Assembly (NCBI GenBank): GCA_040326155.1
Contig: JBEQLE010000053.1
Location: 1 to 13,015, forward strand
From: Leptospirales bacterium
Lineage (GTDB): Bacteria; Spirochaetota; Leptospiria; Turneriellales; JAOUFE01
Reading direction: 5' to 3'
DNA: 13,015 bases
The notes under the pieces are model-generated. The model ran no database searches, was not told the DNA's origin, and saw only the letters and a list, made by a program, of their open reading frames with translations. Both the position numbers and the translations under genes were made by a program. Position 1 is the first letter of the stretch. Every line of letters begins with the position of its first letter. Below are positions 1-8,860 of the stretch, in pieces.

Positions 1-90
1 ACGGAAGAAAACGGAAATATTAAAATTCTTCCATATGAAGAAGTTGTAGAGAAAAAGAAAAAACGAAACCCAAATGAGATTATACACTAA
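1..90 (+). CDS. 3' end of an upstream CDS (partial); possibly FapA/DUF342-family flagellar-associated protein
   Basis: Frame 1 is open from base 1: TEENGNIKILPYEEVVEKKKKRNPNEIIH*. TAA at 88-90 overlaps the next ATG (TAATG), typical of translational coupling. The product guess rests only on recalled resemblance of 'EENGNIKILPYE' and the downstream neighbour, so it is weak. Confidence 0.55.
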   Translation, partial: TEENGNIKILPYEEVVEKKKKRNPNEIIH

Positions 91-425
91 TGTCCGTAAA
101 ACCACTAGATTTACAAGTAAATATGCAATCGGTGATGGAAACTTCTAAAGCCCAGGGAGTGAAACAAGCTGCCGCCGCTTCGGAGCAACGTTTGCTTGAT
201 GAGCGCAATGTTGAAGATTCCAAAAAAAGAGGACAAAAGGTAAATGAAACGCCAAAATCGGAATCCAGTCCGAAACTGAAAGATACTGAAGATCATTTTG
301 GAAATAAAACCGAGGCCGAACTGGAACAAGAATATTCCGACCGCAAACAAAAAAAGAAAAGTGATAAAAATAAATCTGAAGAAAAAACTGAAAAGAATGA
401 CGGCCATATAAACTTTTTGGCATAA
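90..425 (+). CDS. Hypothetical protein, 111 aa, highly charged (N-term MSVKPLDLQ, C-term GHINFLA)
   Basis: ORF coupled to the upstream stop (TAATG) and ending 1 bp before the SDR start. The N-terminal PxDLQ and C-terminal GxxIx motifs resemble small conserved proteins I recall downstream of fapA in flagellar operons. Confidence 0.75.
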   Translation: MSVKPLDLQVNMQSVMETSKAQGVKQAAAASEQRLLDERNVEDSKKRGQKVNETPKSESSPKLKDTEDHFGNKTEAELEQEYSDRKQKKKSDKNKSEEKTEKNDGHINFLA

Positions 426-426
426 T

Positions 427-1146
427 ATGAATGTATTTATTACCGGTGTCAGTCGCGGCCTGGGTTATGGTTTAGCTAAAACATTTCTAAAGCGAAATTA
501 CAAAGTATATGGAGTCGCCCGCTCTACCCCACCCCAGGATCTCTTCGATTTACCGGGGTTTCATTATCAGAGCTGTGACCTGCATAATTTTGAAAATATA
601 AAAACGGTCTTAGACGAACTCTTACCTACAGATGAAAATTTCCGATACTCCATTTTGAATGCAGGAATAATCGGCAAAGTTAATTCCATGAAAAACAGTT
701 CCCTTGGCGACTTAAAAGATGTGATGGATGTCAATGTCTGGAGCAATAAATTTATTCTCGATTATTTTCTGGAAAATTCAGTTCACACACAGACAATTAT
801 TGCGATCTCTTCAGGAGCTTCCGTCTCTGGAAATTATGGCTGGAACGGGTACTCTATTTCTAAGGCAGCTTTGAATATGATGGTCAGTCTCTACTCACAT
901 GAATTTACCGAACGCCAGATTTACTCTTTTGCTCCGGGTCTTATAGAAACATCGATGCAAGATTATATTGCAAACGAAGTCGACCTAATAGCTTTTCCAA
1001 CGATGCAACGGCTAATCGATGCCCGCGGAACCGAAATTATGCCAGCGCCGGAAACAGCGGCAGAAAAAATTATTGACTCCTTTAAAAAACTGGAATTGCT
1101 TCCCAGTGGTTCCTACGCTGATATTAGAAATCTAGATGTTGATTAA
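427..1146 (+). CDS. Short-chain dehydrogenase/reductase (SDR), sepiapterin/benzil-reductase-like
   Basis: Rossmann motif TGVSRGLG, LNAG, catalytic Ser in ISSGAS, YSISK (YxxxK), and APGLIETSMQ typical of the YueD/sepiapterin reductase-like subgroup. Confidence 0.92.
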   Translation: MNVFITGVSRGLGYGLAKTFLKRNYKVYGVARSTPPQDLFDLPGFHYQSCDLHNFENIKTVLDELLPTDENFRYSILNAGIIGKVNSMKNSSLGDLKDVMDVNVWSNKFILDYFLENSVHTQTIIAISSGASVSGNYGWNGYSISKAALNMMVSLYSHEFTERQIYSFAPGLIETSMQDYIANEVDLIAFPTMQRLIDARGTEIMPAPETAAEKIIDSFKKLELLPSGSYADIRNLDVD

Positions 1147-1148
1147 TT

Positions 1149-1973
1149 CTAAAGCATTTGTACGGAATATCGCATGAAGTCTTCAATTTCACGATCGGTG
1201 ACTTCGGGCAATACTCGTAATATATAAGTGTTGAATATTTTATCGTGTATTCCTCGACCCGATTTGCTAAATTGCATACTCAACAAAGTAAGAAATACAA
1301 ATGGAAATAGTTTAAATAGTCCCCGTAAAAAAGTTTTTCCTATACCGGGTATCGTGCCATCTTTGTTTACAATTATTATTCGGACTCTTCTGCGAATACG
1401 CGGAGCATGCTTGCCTTTTGTATTCAAATTCGATTCTTGATAGGCAATTAGAATTCGCCATCCAACCATAATCGCTAACAAACCGCCGATCAGTGGAATG
1501 GACATAAATGTTGTAAGAGCCTCGGGTATCTCCGGGTTCATCTCCATTAGAAAATTCTCTTGCCAGGTAATATAAGAATCGAATATTCCAATTTTTTTAA
1601 TAATACCTTGAACTACGGCGAGAGTTAAAAAAGCCCACCCTGCCAATAATGCACGTAACATATATTTTTCGTAAAAATAAGTCCAGACTCTCAAGTCTGT
1701 GGGGGCAAATTCAATCGCTGGTTCTGTCAGTTTTTCAAGATAGGGGGTTAGCTCTTTTATTTTTTCTTGATTATTTTCAAGTTTAAAAAAATGTATAATC
1801 TCAGAAACCTGTCGAAAATTCATTTTCTTAATCTCATCAATATGTAGATTACTCTCTTCGAGAATATCAACCGCTTCTTCGATTTGAACTGGCGCAAGAT
1901 TTGTAGTAGATACTTTTTTTACCCGTTTTTTCACAGGAGTTTTTTTAGATTTCACTTTTTTAGCTTCTGCCAT
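1149..1973 (-). CDS. RDD-family-like membrane protein with Lys-rich N-terminal extension
   Basis: About three hydrophobic segments. C-terminal 'IVNKDG...FLRGLFK...GRGIHDKIFNTYIL' matches the RDD pattern (xxDG...LR...RgLHDkiagTyV). Purine-rich RBS (AGGGGGG) upstream; overlaps the RND gene by 14 bp. Confidence 0.75.
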   Translation of the reverse strand: MAEAKKVKSKKTPVKKRVKKVSTTNLAPVQIEEAVDILEESNLHIDEIKKMNFRQVSEIIHFFKLENNQEKIKELTPYLEKLTEPAIEFAPTDLRVWTYFYEKYMLRALLAGWAFLTLAVVQGIIKKIGIFDSYITWQENFLMEMNPEIPEALTTFMSIPLIGGLLAIMVGWRILIAYQESNLNTKGKHAPRIRRRVRIIIVNKDGTIPGIGKTFLRGLFKLFPFVFLTLLSMQFSKSGRGIHDKIFNTYILRVLPEVTDREIEDFMRYSVQML

Positions 1974-4900
1974 TTTTAGATTTCCCCCCTAAAATATATT
2001 TATGGAATACATAACCTCGATCTTCCCAGATAGAATAGTAAGATGGAATTACAATCAAGGTAATTACCGTTGCAAACATTAATCCCCAGGCCATAGCCAA
2101 AGCCATCGGTTTCAGAAACGGATCGTTTCCACCAAAACCATAAGCCGTTGGTAATAGTCCAAAAACTGTTGTAATTGTAGTTAAAATTACAGGACGAAGG
2201 CGACTTAACCCTGCCTCAATAATCGAATCTCGTTTACTAAAACCAAGGTGGCGCATTTTATTAATAAAGTCCACAAACACAATGGAATCATTTACCACAA
2301 CTCCAATTAAGCCAACGATTCCAAGAGTAGCCATAAAACTGAGAACCAGGTCTCGGTCGAAAATCTTATGAACGAAAAATGCAATTGCTACGCCAATAAT
2401 ACCGAGCGGAATAACGATCATAATAACTCGCGGGTGACGAAGGTTGCCAAACAAGAGAACTAAAATTGCCCCAATCGCCAACAAGGCAATAAAGGCTGAT
2501 TGCACCAGTCCGCCCATAGATTCATTCGTGTCTTCCACCTCGCCTCCGGCGTTCAATGAGTACCCCGGATACTGTTTTAATTTAGATTCCATAATTCTCA
2601 AAATTTCTGCGTTGGCATCGACCGCACTGTTTTTCTTTTCATCGATATTTGCCTGCACCGTTATGGTCCGTTTTGAATCTTCGTGAGAAATTACATTAAT
2701 ACCAGGTTTTCTTTTAAACCCGGCAAGCTCATTAATGGAGACCAGGTTTCCCATGGTATTTCTTACCGTAACCTTTTGTAAAGATGAAAGATTGTTCCGT
2801 AATTTTTCAGGAAAGATCACCCGAATATCGATCTCTTCATCCACTTTTTTAATTGAGGTGGCAACATTTCCATCGAACGCGGTTTGTATGGTGGATGCAA
2901 TTTGCATAACAGAAACACCGGCGCGAGCTGCCCTTCTCTCATTTATTGTAACATGATATTCTTCTTTATCGGACTCCCAATTATCGCGAATATCGAATAC
3001 TCCACGAATGTTTGAAAGTTCAAGTTGTATAGTATCTGAAATTTCCCGCAGTGTTTTAAATTCGTCACCTCGAATTTGTATCGAGATTGGCTCGCCAATG
3101 GGTGGCCCGCCTCGCAACTCTTTAAACTGTAACTTTTCTAAAATGATGTTCCCCAGACTGGCAAAGGTAGGCAATTTGTTGTTGGTTGCCTTTTTTGCTA
3201 AAATTCCATTGGTACCAAAATAGTAGGTACCGGCGCCTGGCGCTTTCACTGTTTGTTGGATAATTCCTTTTATCTTTGTTGTATGTTCAATTTTGCCTGA
3301 TACAAGATTAAACAAGATCATCTTATTTACGGTCGATAACCAGAATCGGTTTTCACCAGATTTTTCCAGCCAATAAATCGGCTTTGCCGTTACCTCGTGA
3401 AATTGTAGAAATTTTTCTTGCTCTATGTCATATTGAATTAAACGACCGTCAAACGTACCAAACCAGATCGTTTTTCCATTATCAAAACTTTTAATATGTT
3501 CAATTCGAGCCAAACTCTCATATTCCCAGTTTGTTTCTTTCTGCTCTAAAAACCATTTTTTCGCTTTTGCCAGCCAGGGCTTCTCGGTGTTCACTTTTAA
3601 GGATTCTCGTTCAGATGCAGTAAGTATTGTCGGTTCTGCAATTACAGACTTAAAGTCCTTGTTCTCCGATAAAACGGTACGATCGACCGTTTCAACAATT
3701 CCTGTATCATTGAATTTCCAGGCTGCAACCTGGCCGGACTCAAAGTGAATTTTAACTAAGTTATTATCTATGTCGTATGTTATTTTTTCAAATGTTACAC
3801 CACTGTATTTTGCAAAACATTCCGTTTCAAAAATCTCCATATTGATTTGACATAAAACACCGGAATTAAGAGCAGCTAAAGCAAATCGCCGTTCCGGTTC
3901 AATTTTCACAAGGCCAGGTATTAAATCATCCGGTATTTGACTTATACCATATCGCCGGGGAATTGCATCCACTGTTTTTTTCAAATCGAGTTCGTCGCCT
4001 GTACCGATTCCAAAAAGTTTTTTGAACCAAGATACTTCTTCCAGGTTTGTGGCCCCCAATGAATATTCCCATATTTCAAAGGACCCTTTATCTGTTCCGA
4101 TAATTGCAGTTTTTGAATCGTTTAAAAACTCAATTTTGCTCACTTGCTCGTCACGGTATTTGGTCAGGTACTCCATCTCGCCGGTTTTAAGCTCCAGGGA
4201 GTACAACTCTCCTGAGTCAAAATAAATAACGGCAAACTCACCGGATGGTTCCATAGAGAAAATTAAGGGAACTTCATTGTCTCTGACTTTCTTTTGATCT
4301 ATAATATTACCTTTGTTCATGTCTATCGTAAAAAGAACATTTTCACCGGAATATACATAAAGAGTATTACCGGCAAGACCGCCGCCAGCAATAAAATGAG
4401 TATCCGGTATCGGTATTTTCTTTTGGCGGTTTAAACCTGAATAAACCAGGACCTCAGGCAGGTTATGTAAGACTATGGTCGATTTTTTATCTTGTGTAAT
4501 TTGAGTAAAAAGAACGGACTGCTTAGGATCAAGTTGTTGTTGTAAGAAAGCAAGTATCTGACGAGCTTTTCTCTCCCGGTTGGTTTCAGGTGATAAAAAA
4601 ACAGCAAGCATTGCGAAATTGTTTCCCCGTTTTACAAACGGGTCAGAAGGGTTCTCCTGGAGAATACCCACTCTGGTATTAAAACTATCAAGCTCCCCTT
4701 CGCGAAGATTTAAAACAGCGTCTTCATATGGCTGAATTCTTTTACCCATTTCTTCCAGGCTAATACCGTGGGTAGTTTCAGCTTTTATAAAAAAAGTATC
4801 GATATCGACTTTCGGAAACAGGCTAAAACCGGTGGCTTTAATCAGGCCAATGGCGACAAAAAACAGACCCATTATAAGCATAATAACCAGATAGCGATAA

Positions 4901-6501
4901 TTCAGAGCCTTTACTAAAATCTTTTTATACACCTTTTGTAAAAATGCAAATATTCGGTATTCCAGAGAACTTTTATTTTTTACAATTTCAGACAACTCTT
5001 TTCCGTTCGTGATGTCTAAAACGTGTGAAGGCAGTATAAAAAAGCTTTCGAACAAAGAGGCGCCCAGGGCTATAATTACGGCGGCAGGCATGGTCCATAT
5101 AAATTTACCCATAATGCCACCCATGAACATCAATGGCATAAAAGCGACCATGGTTGTTGTAACCGCAGCAATAACCGGCAATAACATCTCTTGTGCGCCA
5201 GTTACGGCAGCCTTAAGCGGTGGAACCCCTTTTTCTATTAAACGATATATATTTTCACCGACAACAATAGCGTCATCGACGATCATTCCCGAGACAATGA
5301 TAAGACCAAACATACTAATTAAATTTATGGAGATGCCGGTAAAACCCATGACTATAAAAGTAATGGCAAATGAAAATGGTATACCAAAAGCCACCATAAG
5401 TGCAACTCGCCATCCGAGAAAGAAGAAGAGAGAAGCAAGTACAAGTATAATACCAATTAAAACATTACCGCCAAGTACGCTTAAACGACGGCGAATAAAA
5501 AAGGAGATATCGTTCATGGTCGATATTTGCAACTGTGCTATTTCGGTCGGCTTTTCTTTTTCAAATTTGGCGATATCTTCTTTAACCCGATCGACAAGGT
5601 CTATGGCATCGGCCTTCTCTTTTTTTAATACGGTTAAAACAATGGCTTCTCGACCATTGGCTTTTTCAAGAACCGATTTTTCTTCAAAACTGTCTTTTAC
5701 ATAGGCAACATCGGAAATTCGAATTGCACCGCCATAATCATTGTATCGTAATATCACATCGTTTATTTCGCTGGCGTTTTCGAACTCTTGTACGGTACGA
5801 ATGTTGTACTCTTTGCCCCGTCCTTTAATCGTTCCACCGGGAAAGTTGAGATTTCTCGTCGCAAGAGCTGAAACAATTTCATCCGAAGAAATATTATAGT
5901 CATACATTTTAATCGGATCTACTTCAATGAAAATTTCTCGATCTCGGTAACCGCGTCTGGTAACGCTGGCGACCTCTTTTATTTGTTCAAGATTATCTTG
6001 CAAGGTTTTTGCAGCGTTTCTCAGCTGGTATTCCGTAAGCGGTTTTTTAGCTTCGGGGTCTGAATTCAAAGAGATTTCAATAATCGGTGTACGCGAAGAG
6101 GTAAGCTCGGCTACAATTGGGTCTTCAGCATCATCCGGAAGCTCTGTTTTTGCTCTGTCCGTCGCGTCGCGAATATCCTGCAGAACTTTCATTTTTTCAG
6201 TAATATTTGGCTCTAATGTTAAAATAACACCCGAACGACTGTCCAATGAAGTCGAGTTCATTTTCTTTACGCCTTCGACCTCTTTTAACTCTCGCTCAAT
6301 AGGAATGGTTACAAGTTTTTCAACCTCCGAGGGGGACGCCCCCGGATAAATAGTATTGATCATTACAATATCAAACTCTACTTTTGAAAATGCCTCTCGT
6401 TGCATGGAGGTAAAATAGTAGGCGCCCATGACGACAATTGCAATAGATACAAGATTGCCGAATATACTTCTGTGAATAAAATAATCGATTAGTTTACGCA
6501 T
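1960..6501 (-). CDS. RND-superfamily efflux permease (AcrB/AcrD/AcrF-like), 1513 aa, with ~460-aa WD40-like beta-propeller insertion
   Basis: N-term YPGASPSEVEKLVTIPIE, TM4 GMIVDDAIVVGENI, linker GGPPIGEPISIQIRG, TM10 GVVVNDSIVFVD, TM11 RLRPVILTTITTVFGLLP. Residues ~658-1118 are non-RND and beta-repeat-like. Start overlaps the TolC stop (TAATG). Confidence 0.95.
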   Translation of the reverse strand: MRKLIDYFIHRSIFGNLVSIAIVVMGAYYFTSMQREAFSKVEFDIVMINTIYPGASPSEVEKLVTIPIERELKEVEGVKKMNSTSLDSRSGVILTLEPNITEKMKVLQDIRDATDRAKTELPDDAEDPIVAELTSSRTPIIEISLNSDPEAKKPLTEYQLRNAAKTLQDNLEQIKEVASVTRRGYRDREIFIEVDPIKMYDYNISSDEIVSALATRNLNFPGGTIKGRGKEYNIRTVQEFENASEINDVILRYNDYGGAIRISDVAYVKDSFEEKSVLEKANGREAIVLTVLKKEKADAIDLVDRVKEDIAKFEKEKPTEIAQLQISTMNDISFFIRRRLSVLGGNVLIGIILVLASLFFFLGWRVALMVAFGIPFSFAITFIVMGFTGISINLISMFGLIIVSGMIVDDAIVVGENIYRLIEKGVPPLKAAVTGAQEMLLPVIAAVTTTMVAFMPLMFMGGIMGKFIWTMPAAVIIALGASLFESFFILPSHVLDITNGKELSEIVKNKSSLEYRIFAFLQKVYKKILVKALNYRYLVIMLIMGLFFVAIGLIKATGFSLFPKVDIDTFFIKAETTHGISLEEMGKRIQPYEDAVLNLREGELDSFNTRVGILQENPSDPFVKRGNNFAMLAVFLSPETNRERKARQILAFLQQQLDPKQSVLFTQITQDKKSTIVLHNLPEVLVYSGLNRQKKIPIPDTHFIAGGGLAGNTLYVYSGENVLFTIDMNKGNIIDQKKVRDNEVPLIFSMEPSGEFAVIYFDSGELYSLELKTGEMEYLTKYRDEQVSKIEFLNDSKTAIIGTDKGSFEIWEYSLGATNLEEVSWFKKLFGIGTGDELDLKKTVDAIPRRYGISQIPDDLIPGLVKIEPERRFALAALNSGVLCQINMEIFETECFAKYSGVTFEKITYDIDNNLVKIHFESGQVAAWKFNDTGIVETVDRTVLSENKDFKSVIAEPTILTASERESLKVNTEKPWLAKAKKWFLEQKETNWEYESLARIEHIKSFDNGKTIWFGTFDGRLIQYDIEQEKFLQFHEVTAKPIYWLEKSGENRFWLSTVNKMILFNLVSGKIEHTTKIKGIIQQTVKAPGAGTYYFGTNGILAKKATNNKLPTFASLGNIILEKLQFKELRGGPPIGEPISIQIRGDEFKTLREISDTIQLELSNIRGVFDIRDNWESDKEEYHVTINERRAARAGVSVMQIASTIQTAFDGNVATSIKKVDEEIDIRVIFPEKLRNNLSSLQKVTVRNTMGNLVSINELAGFKRKPGINVISHEDSKRTITVQANIDEKKNSAVDANAEILRIMESKLKQYPGYSLNAGGEVEDTNESMGGLVQSAFIALLAIGAILVLLFGNLRHPRVIMIVIPLGIIGVAIAFFVHKIFDRDLVLSFMATLGIVGLIGVVVNDSIVFVDFINKMRHLGFSKRDSIIEAGLSRLRPVILTTITTVFGLLPTAYGFGGNDPFLKPMALAMAWGLMFATVITLIVIPSYYSIWEDRGYVFHKYILGGKSKNGRS

Positions 6502-8069
6502 TACTTGACCTCGCTTAATAGCTCCTCTATATTAATTTTATACCTTTCGAATACTTCATTTTTTGCCAGATCGAACATTAAAAGATCGATATTAAAATTC
6601 ACCAACTCAACAAGTTCGGACTGCCGAGAAGCGATCATTAAGTCAAGAGCGTCTTTCACTCGGGCTGTACCAAAACGTCCTTTTCTGGCCTGAGACAAAA
6701 TACGCGAATAATACCTTTCGGCTTCTTTGCGATATTTACGTGTTTTAATTAACACATTATGTTGAGTGCGAACTTTATCAAGAGCGTCAAGAACGTCATC
6801 TCGTAGAACTTTTTGGAGTTGTTCCAGTTCTAGTCTTGCCTGTTTCAATTCATAATCGGCATTTCGAATCTTTGTGGCGGCTGAGGTATCCCCAAGAGGG
6901 TAACTTACCCGAACCCCGACACTCCAGGTGGGATAAGTAGCACCTAGAGTATCGCCAAAAGCGGTTCCAAAGTTTTTGTCTTGTCCCATCGTACTTAGTT
7001 CAAAAAAACCAACGATGGAAGGAAGAGCGTTATTTTTACTCATTTGCAAATTCAGGCGAGCCATCTCTATTTTTTTCAAAGCGTTATCATAATCTACCCT
7101 TTTTCTAAAAGCGGTTTCTAAAGCTTTTTCCGGGTCGAGTTCCGGCAGTACATCTACAAGTTCCGTTACACCCTCAATTTTAGTTTCGGGGGGCAGATTA
7201 ATCGTTCGCAAAAGTTTTCTGGTTGCAACAATTAATTCACGGTTGACTACTTCAAGTCTGCTTTCGGCCTGCGCAAGGGATGCATTTTGAAAACTTAATT
7301 CATACTTTTCTGAAAGCCCGAGCTTTATATTTCTAGCTACAATATTACGTAAATTTCGAGTAGAACTAACGGCAAGCTTCGCGTTCGTCAGACTGCCTTT
7401 AGCCACTACGACAGCCCAGTAATCGGCAAGAGCGTTAATGACAACGGAGGCAAGCTGGTTAATTAAGCTCTCTCGGGCCATTTGAGCTTCTGTTTTCATT
7501 TTTTTCTGATTCGTTAATTCATGAAATCCAAATGCATTTTTTAAAAGTTCCTGTTGAACCACAATAAAGAATACGGGCTTGTGATAAGCGGGGTCCTTGC
7601 TGCTAAAGCCGCTTATAGCTTTGTCATCACTATCGGACAGTGTTTCGGTAATTCCGGCGCGAACCATGGTCCCTGTGGCAAATAATTTTTGCAAGGCAAT
7701 CGTTGCTTTCATCTCGGTGCTGTTTGCTCCACCGAATGTGCTGGTCATTCCGCTTTCAGGCATTTGTTGATTTGTATATGCCACATCTCCTTCAATGGTC
7801 AGGGCATATCTGCTTAAAAAATTACGGTAAGCGGTATCGCTCATTAAAACATTATATATTTCTTTTCGAAGTGTCAGGCTGTTTTTTAAAACAAGTTTAA
7901 TCGCTTCTTCAAGCGAAAGATCGAGGTCGCCAATGGAAATACTGCCTTTTTCACCGGATTTTACTTCCTGGGCGCTCAGGTTTGATGAAATAGAAGATGT
8001 AAACGTCAATGTAAATACAAAAGAGAATAGAGTAGTAAATGATACCATCGATAGAAGTAGTTTTTTCAT
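6501..8069 (-). CDS. TolC-family outer membrane efflux protein
   Basis: Sec signal peptide (MKK + hydrophobic + NLSA/QE), LSLEEAIKLVLKNS start motif, long helical segments alternating with beta strands (PSIVGFFELS...WSVGVRVSYPL). GAGG RBS; ATGA overlap with the tetR stop; adjacent to an RND gene. Confidence 0.9.
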   Translation of the reverse strand: MKKLLLSMVSFTTLFSFVFTLTFTSSISSNLSAQEVKSGEKGSISIGDLDLSLEEAIKLVLKNSLTLRKEIYNVLMSDTAYRNFLSRYALTIEGDVAYTNQQMPESGMTSTFGGANSTEMKATIALQKLFATGTMVRAGITETLSDSDDKAISGFSSKDPAYHKPVFFIVVQQELLKNAFGFHELTNQKKMKTEAQMARESLINQLASVVINALADYWAVVVAKGSLTNAKLAVSSTRNLRNIVARNIKLGLSEKYELSFQNASLAQAESRLEVVNRELIVATRKLLRTINLPPETKIEGVTELVDVLPELDPEKALETAFRKRVDYDNALKKIEMARLNLQMSKNNALPSIVGFFELSTMGQDKNFGTAFGDTLGATYPTWSVGVRVSYPLGDTSAATKIRNADYELKQARLELEQLQKVLRDDVLDALDKVRTQHNVLIKTRKYRKEAERYYSRILSQARKGRFGTARVKDALDLMIASRQSELVELVNFNIDLLMFDLAKNEVFERYKINIEELLSEVK

Positions 8070-8785
8070 ATTGCCTCACAATAATTTTTTTTTAAGTTTT
8101 GTAACTCATGGTCCAGCAAATTTTTCACATTTTCAGGAATTTTTGGCAAGGTTACACTACGTGGAGCCAGAGATTTAAATACGTGATTGGTTAAATAATC
8201 AATTAGAACATTCTTGCCATTTTCTGGGTATAGTTTTTTCTGCATTGGCGAACCTTTGAAAAGATCGCGAGAGCGCATGTAGTGAACAATAGAAGAGATA
8301 ATCGTCCATACTTCGAAAATAGGATTTTCCGTTTCAAACTCTCCACTCTTGACACCTTCAATAATTACAGATTCAAGTCTTTCCATGGCCGGGGCAAAAA
8401 CTTCTTGAATTAAAACTCGTCCGTGATGATTACCTTCGGCCATGTCCCACGCCATCATCCTGTGAAACTCAGGGTCAAAACAATCGTAATGCATACTGAC
8501 GATGAAATATATAGATGAAGCAAGACTTTCAGACGGGGAAACGTCGACATCAGGTACACCCAATGGTAACTGCTCTGTCTGTGTACGGCCAACAACAAAA
8601 AACAGAACTTCACGATAAAGTTTTTCCTTCGTATCAAAGTAATAATGAATCATAGCCTTATTGGCTTTGGCGGTTTTAGCAATACTATCCATACGAGCAC
8701 CTGCAAAACCATTGCTTGCAAACTCTTTTTTAGCTGCGCGCAAAATTCGAATTTTAGTGCCTTTTTTATCCATATCCTGAGCCAT
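8066..8785 (-). CDS. TetR/AcrR-family transcriptional regulator
   Basis: HTH: RILRAAKKEFASNGFAGARMDSIAKTAKANKAMIHYYFDTKEKLY. Start uncertain (ATG at 8797, 8785 or 8773); 8785 chosen because 8797 lies inside the putative operator. Confidence 0.93.
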   Translation of the reverse strand: MAQDMDKKGTKIRILRAAKKEFASNGFAGARMDSIAKTAKANKAMIHYYFDTKEKLYREVLFFVVGRTQTEQLPLGVPDVDVSPSESLASSIYFIVSMHYDCFDPEFHRMMAWDMAEGNHHGRVLIQEVFAPAMERLESVIIEGVKSGEFETENPIFEVWTIISSIVHYMRSRDLFKGSPMQKKLYPENGKNVLIDYLTNHVFKSLAPRSVTLPKIPENVKNLLDHELQNLKKNYCEAI

Positions 8786-8791
8786 GAAACC

Positions 8792-8822
8792 AACCATTTA
8801 GTTTAACCATCTGGTTAGTCAA
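8792..8822 (-). promoter_or_regulatory. Putative tandem TetR operator with adjacent -35 element
   Basis: Perfect palindrome TAACCA-TC-TGGTTA (8804-8817) plus an adjacent imperfect copy AACCATTTAGTT (8792-8803). On the minus strand TTGACT (8822-8817) abuts it; the -10 is not canonical. Confidence 0.65.
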
Positions 8823-8860
8823 CCCTTTTATATATTATCAGGAAAATTCTGGCCAAAAAA

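Noticed and set aside
111..423. Two hydrophobic minus-strand ORFs
   Set aside because: Phe/Leu richness is just the complement of the A-rich Lys/Glu codons of the + strand gene, which is coupled to its neighbours.
3150..4530. Intein or mobile element as the RND insertion
   Set aside because: No Cys/Ser start with His-Asn end, no LAGLIDADG/HNH or transposase motifs, no terminal repeats; the content is beta-repeat-like.
5009..5704. 231-aa + strand ORF (and other short + ORFs at 2444, 2735, 3008, 4022, 6505, 7703, 7933)
   Set aside because: Antisense shadows of the RND/TolC/TetR genes with no recognisable motifs.
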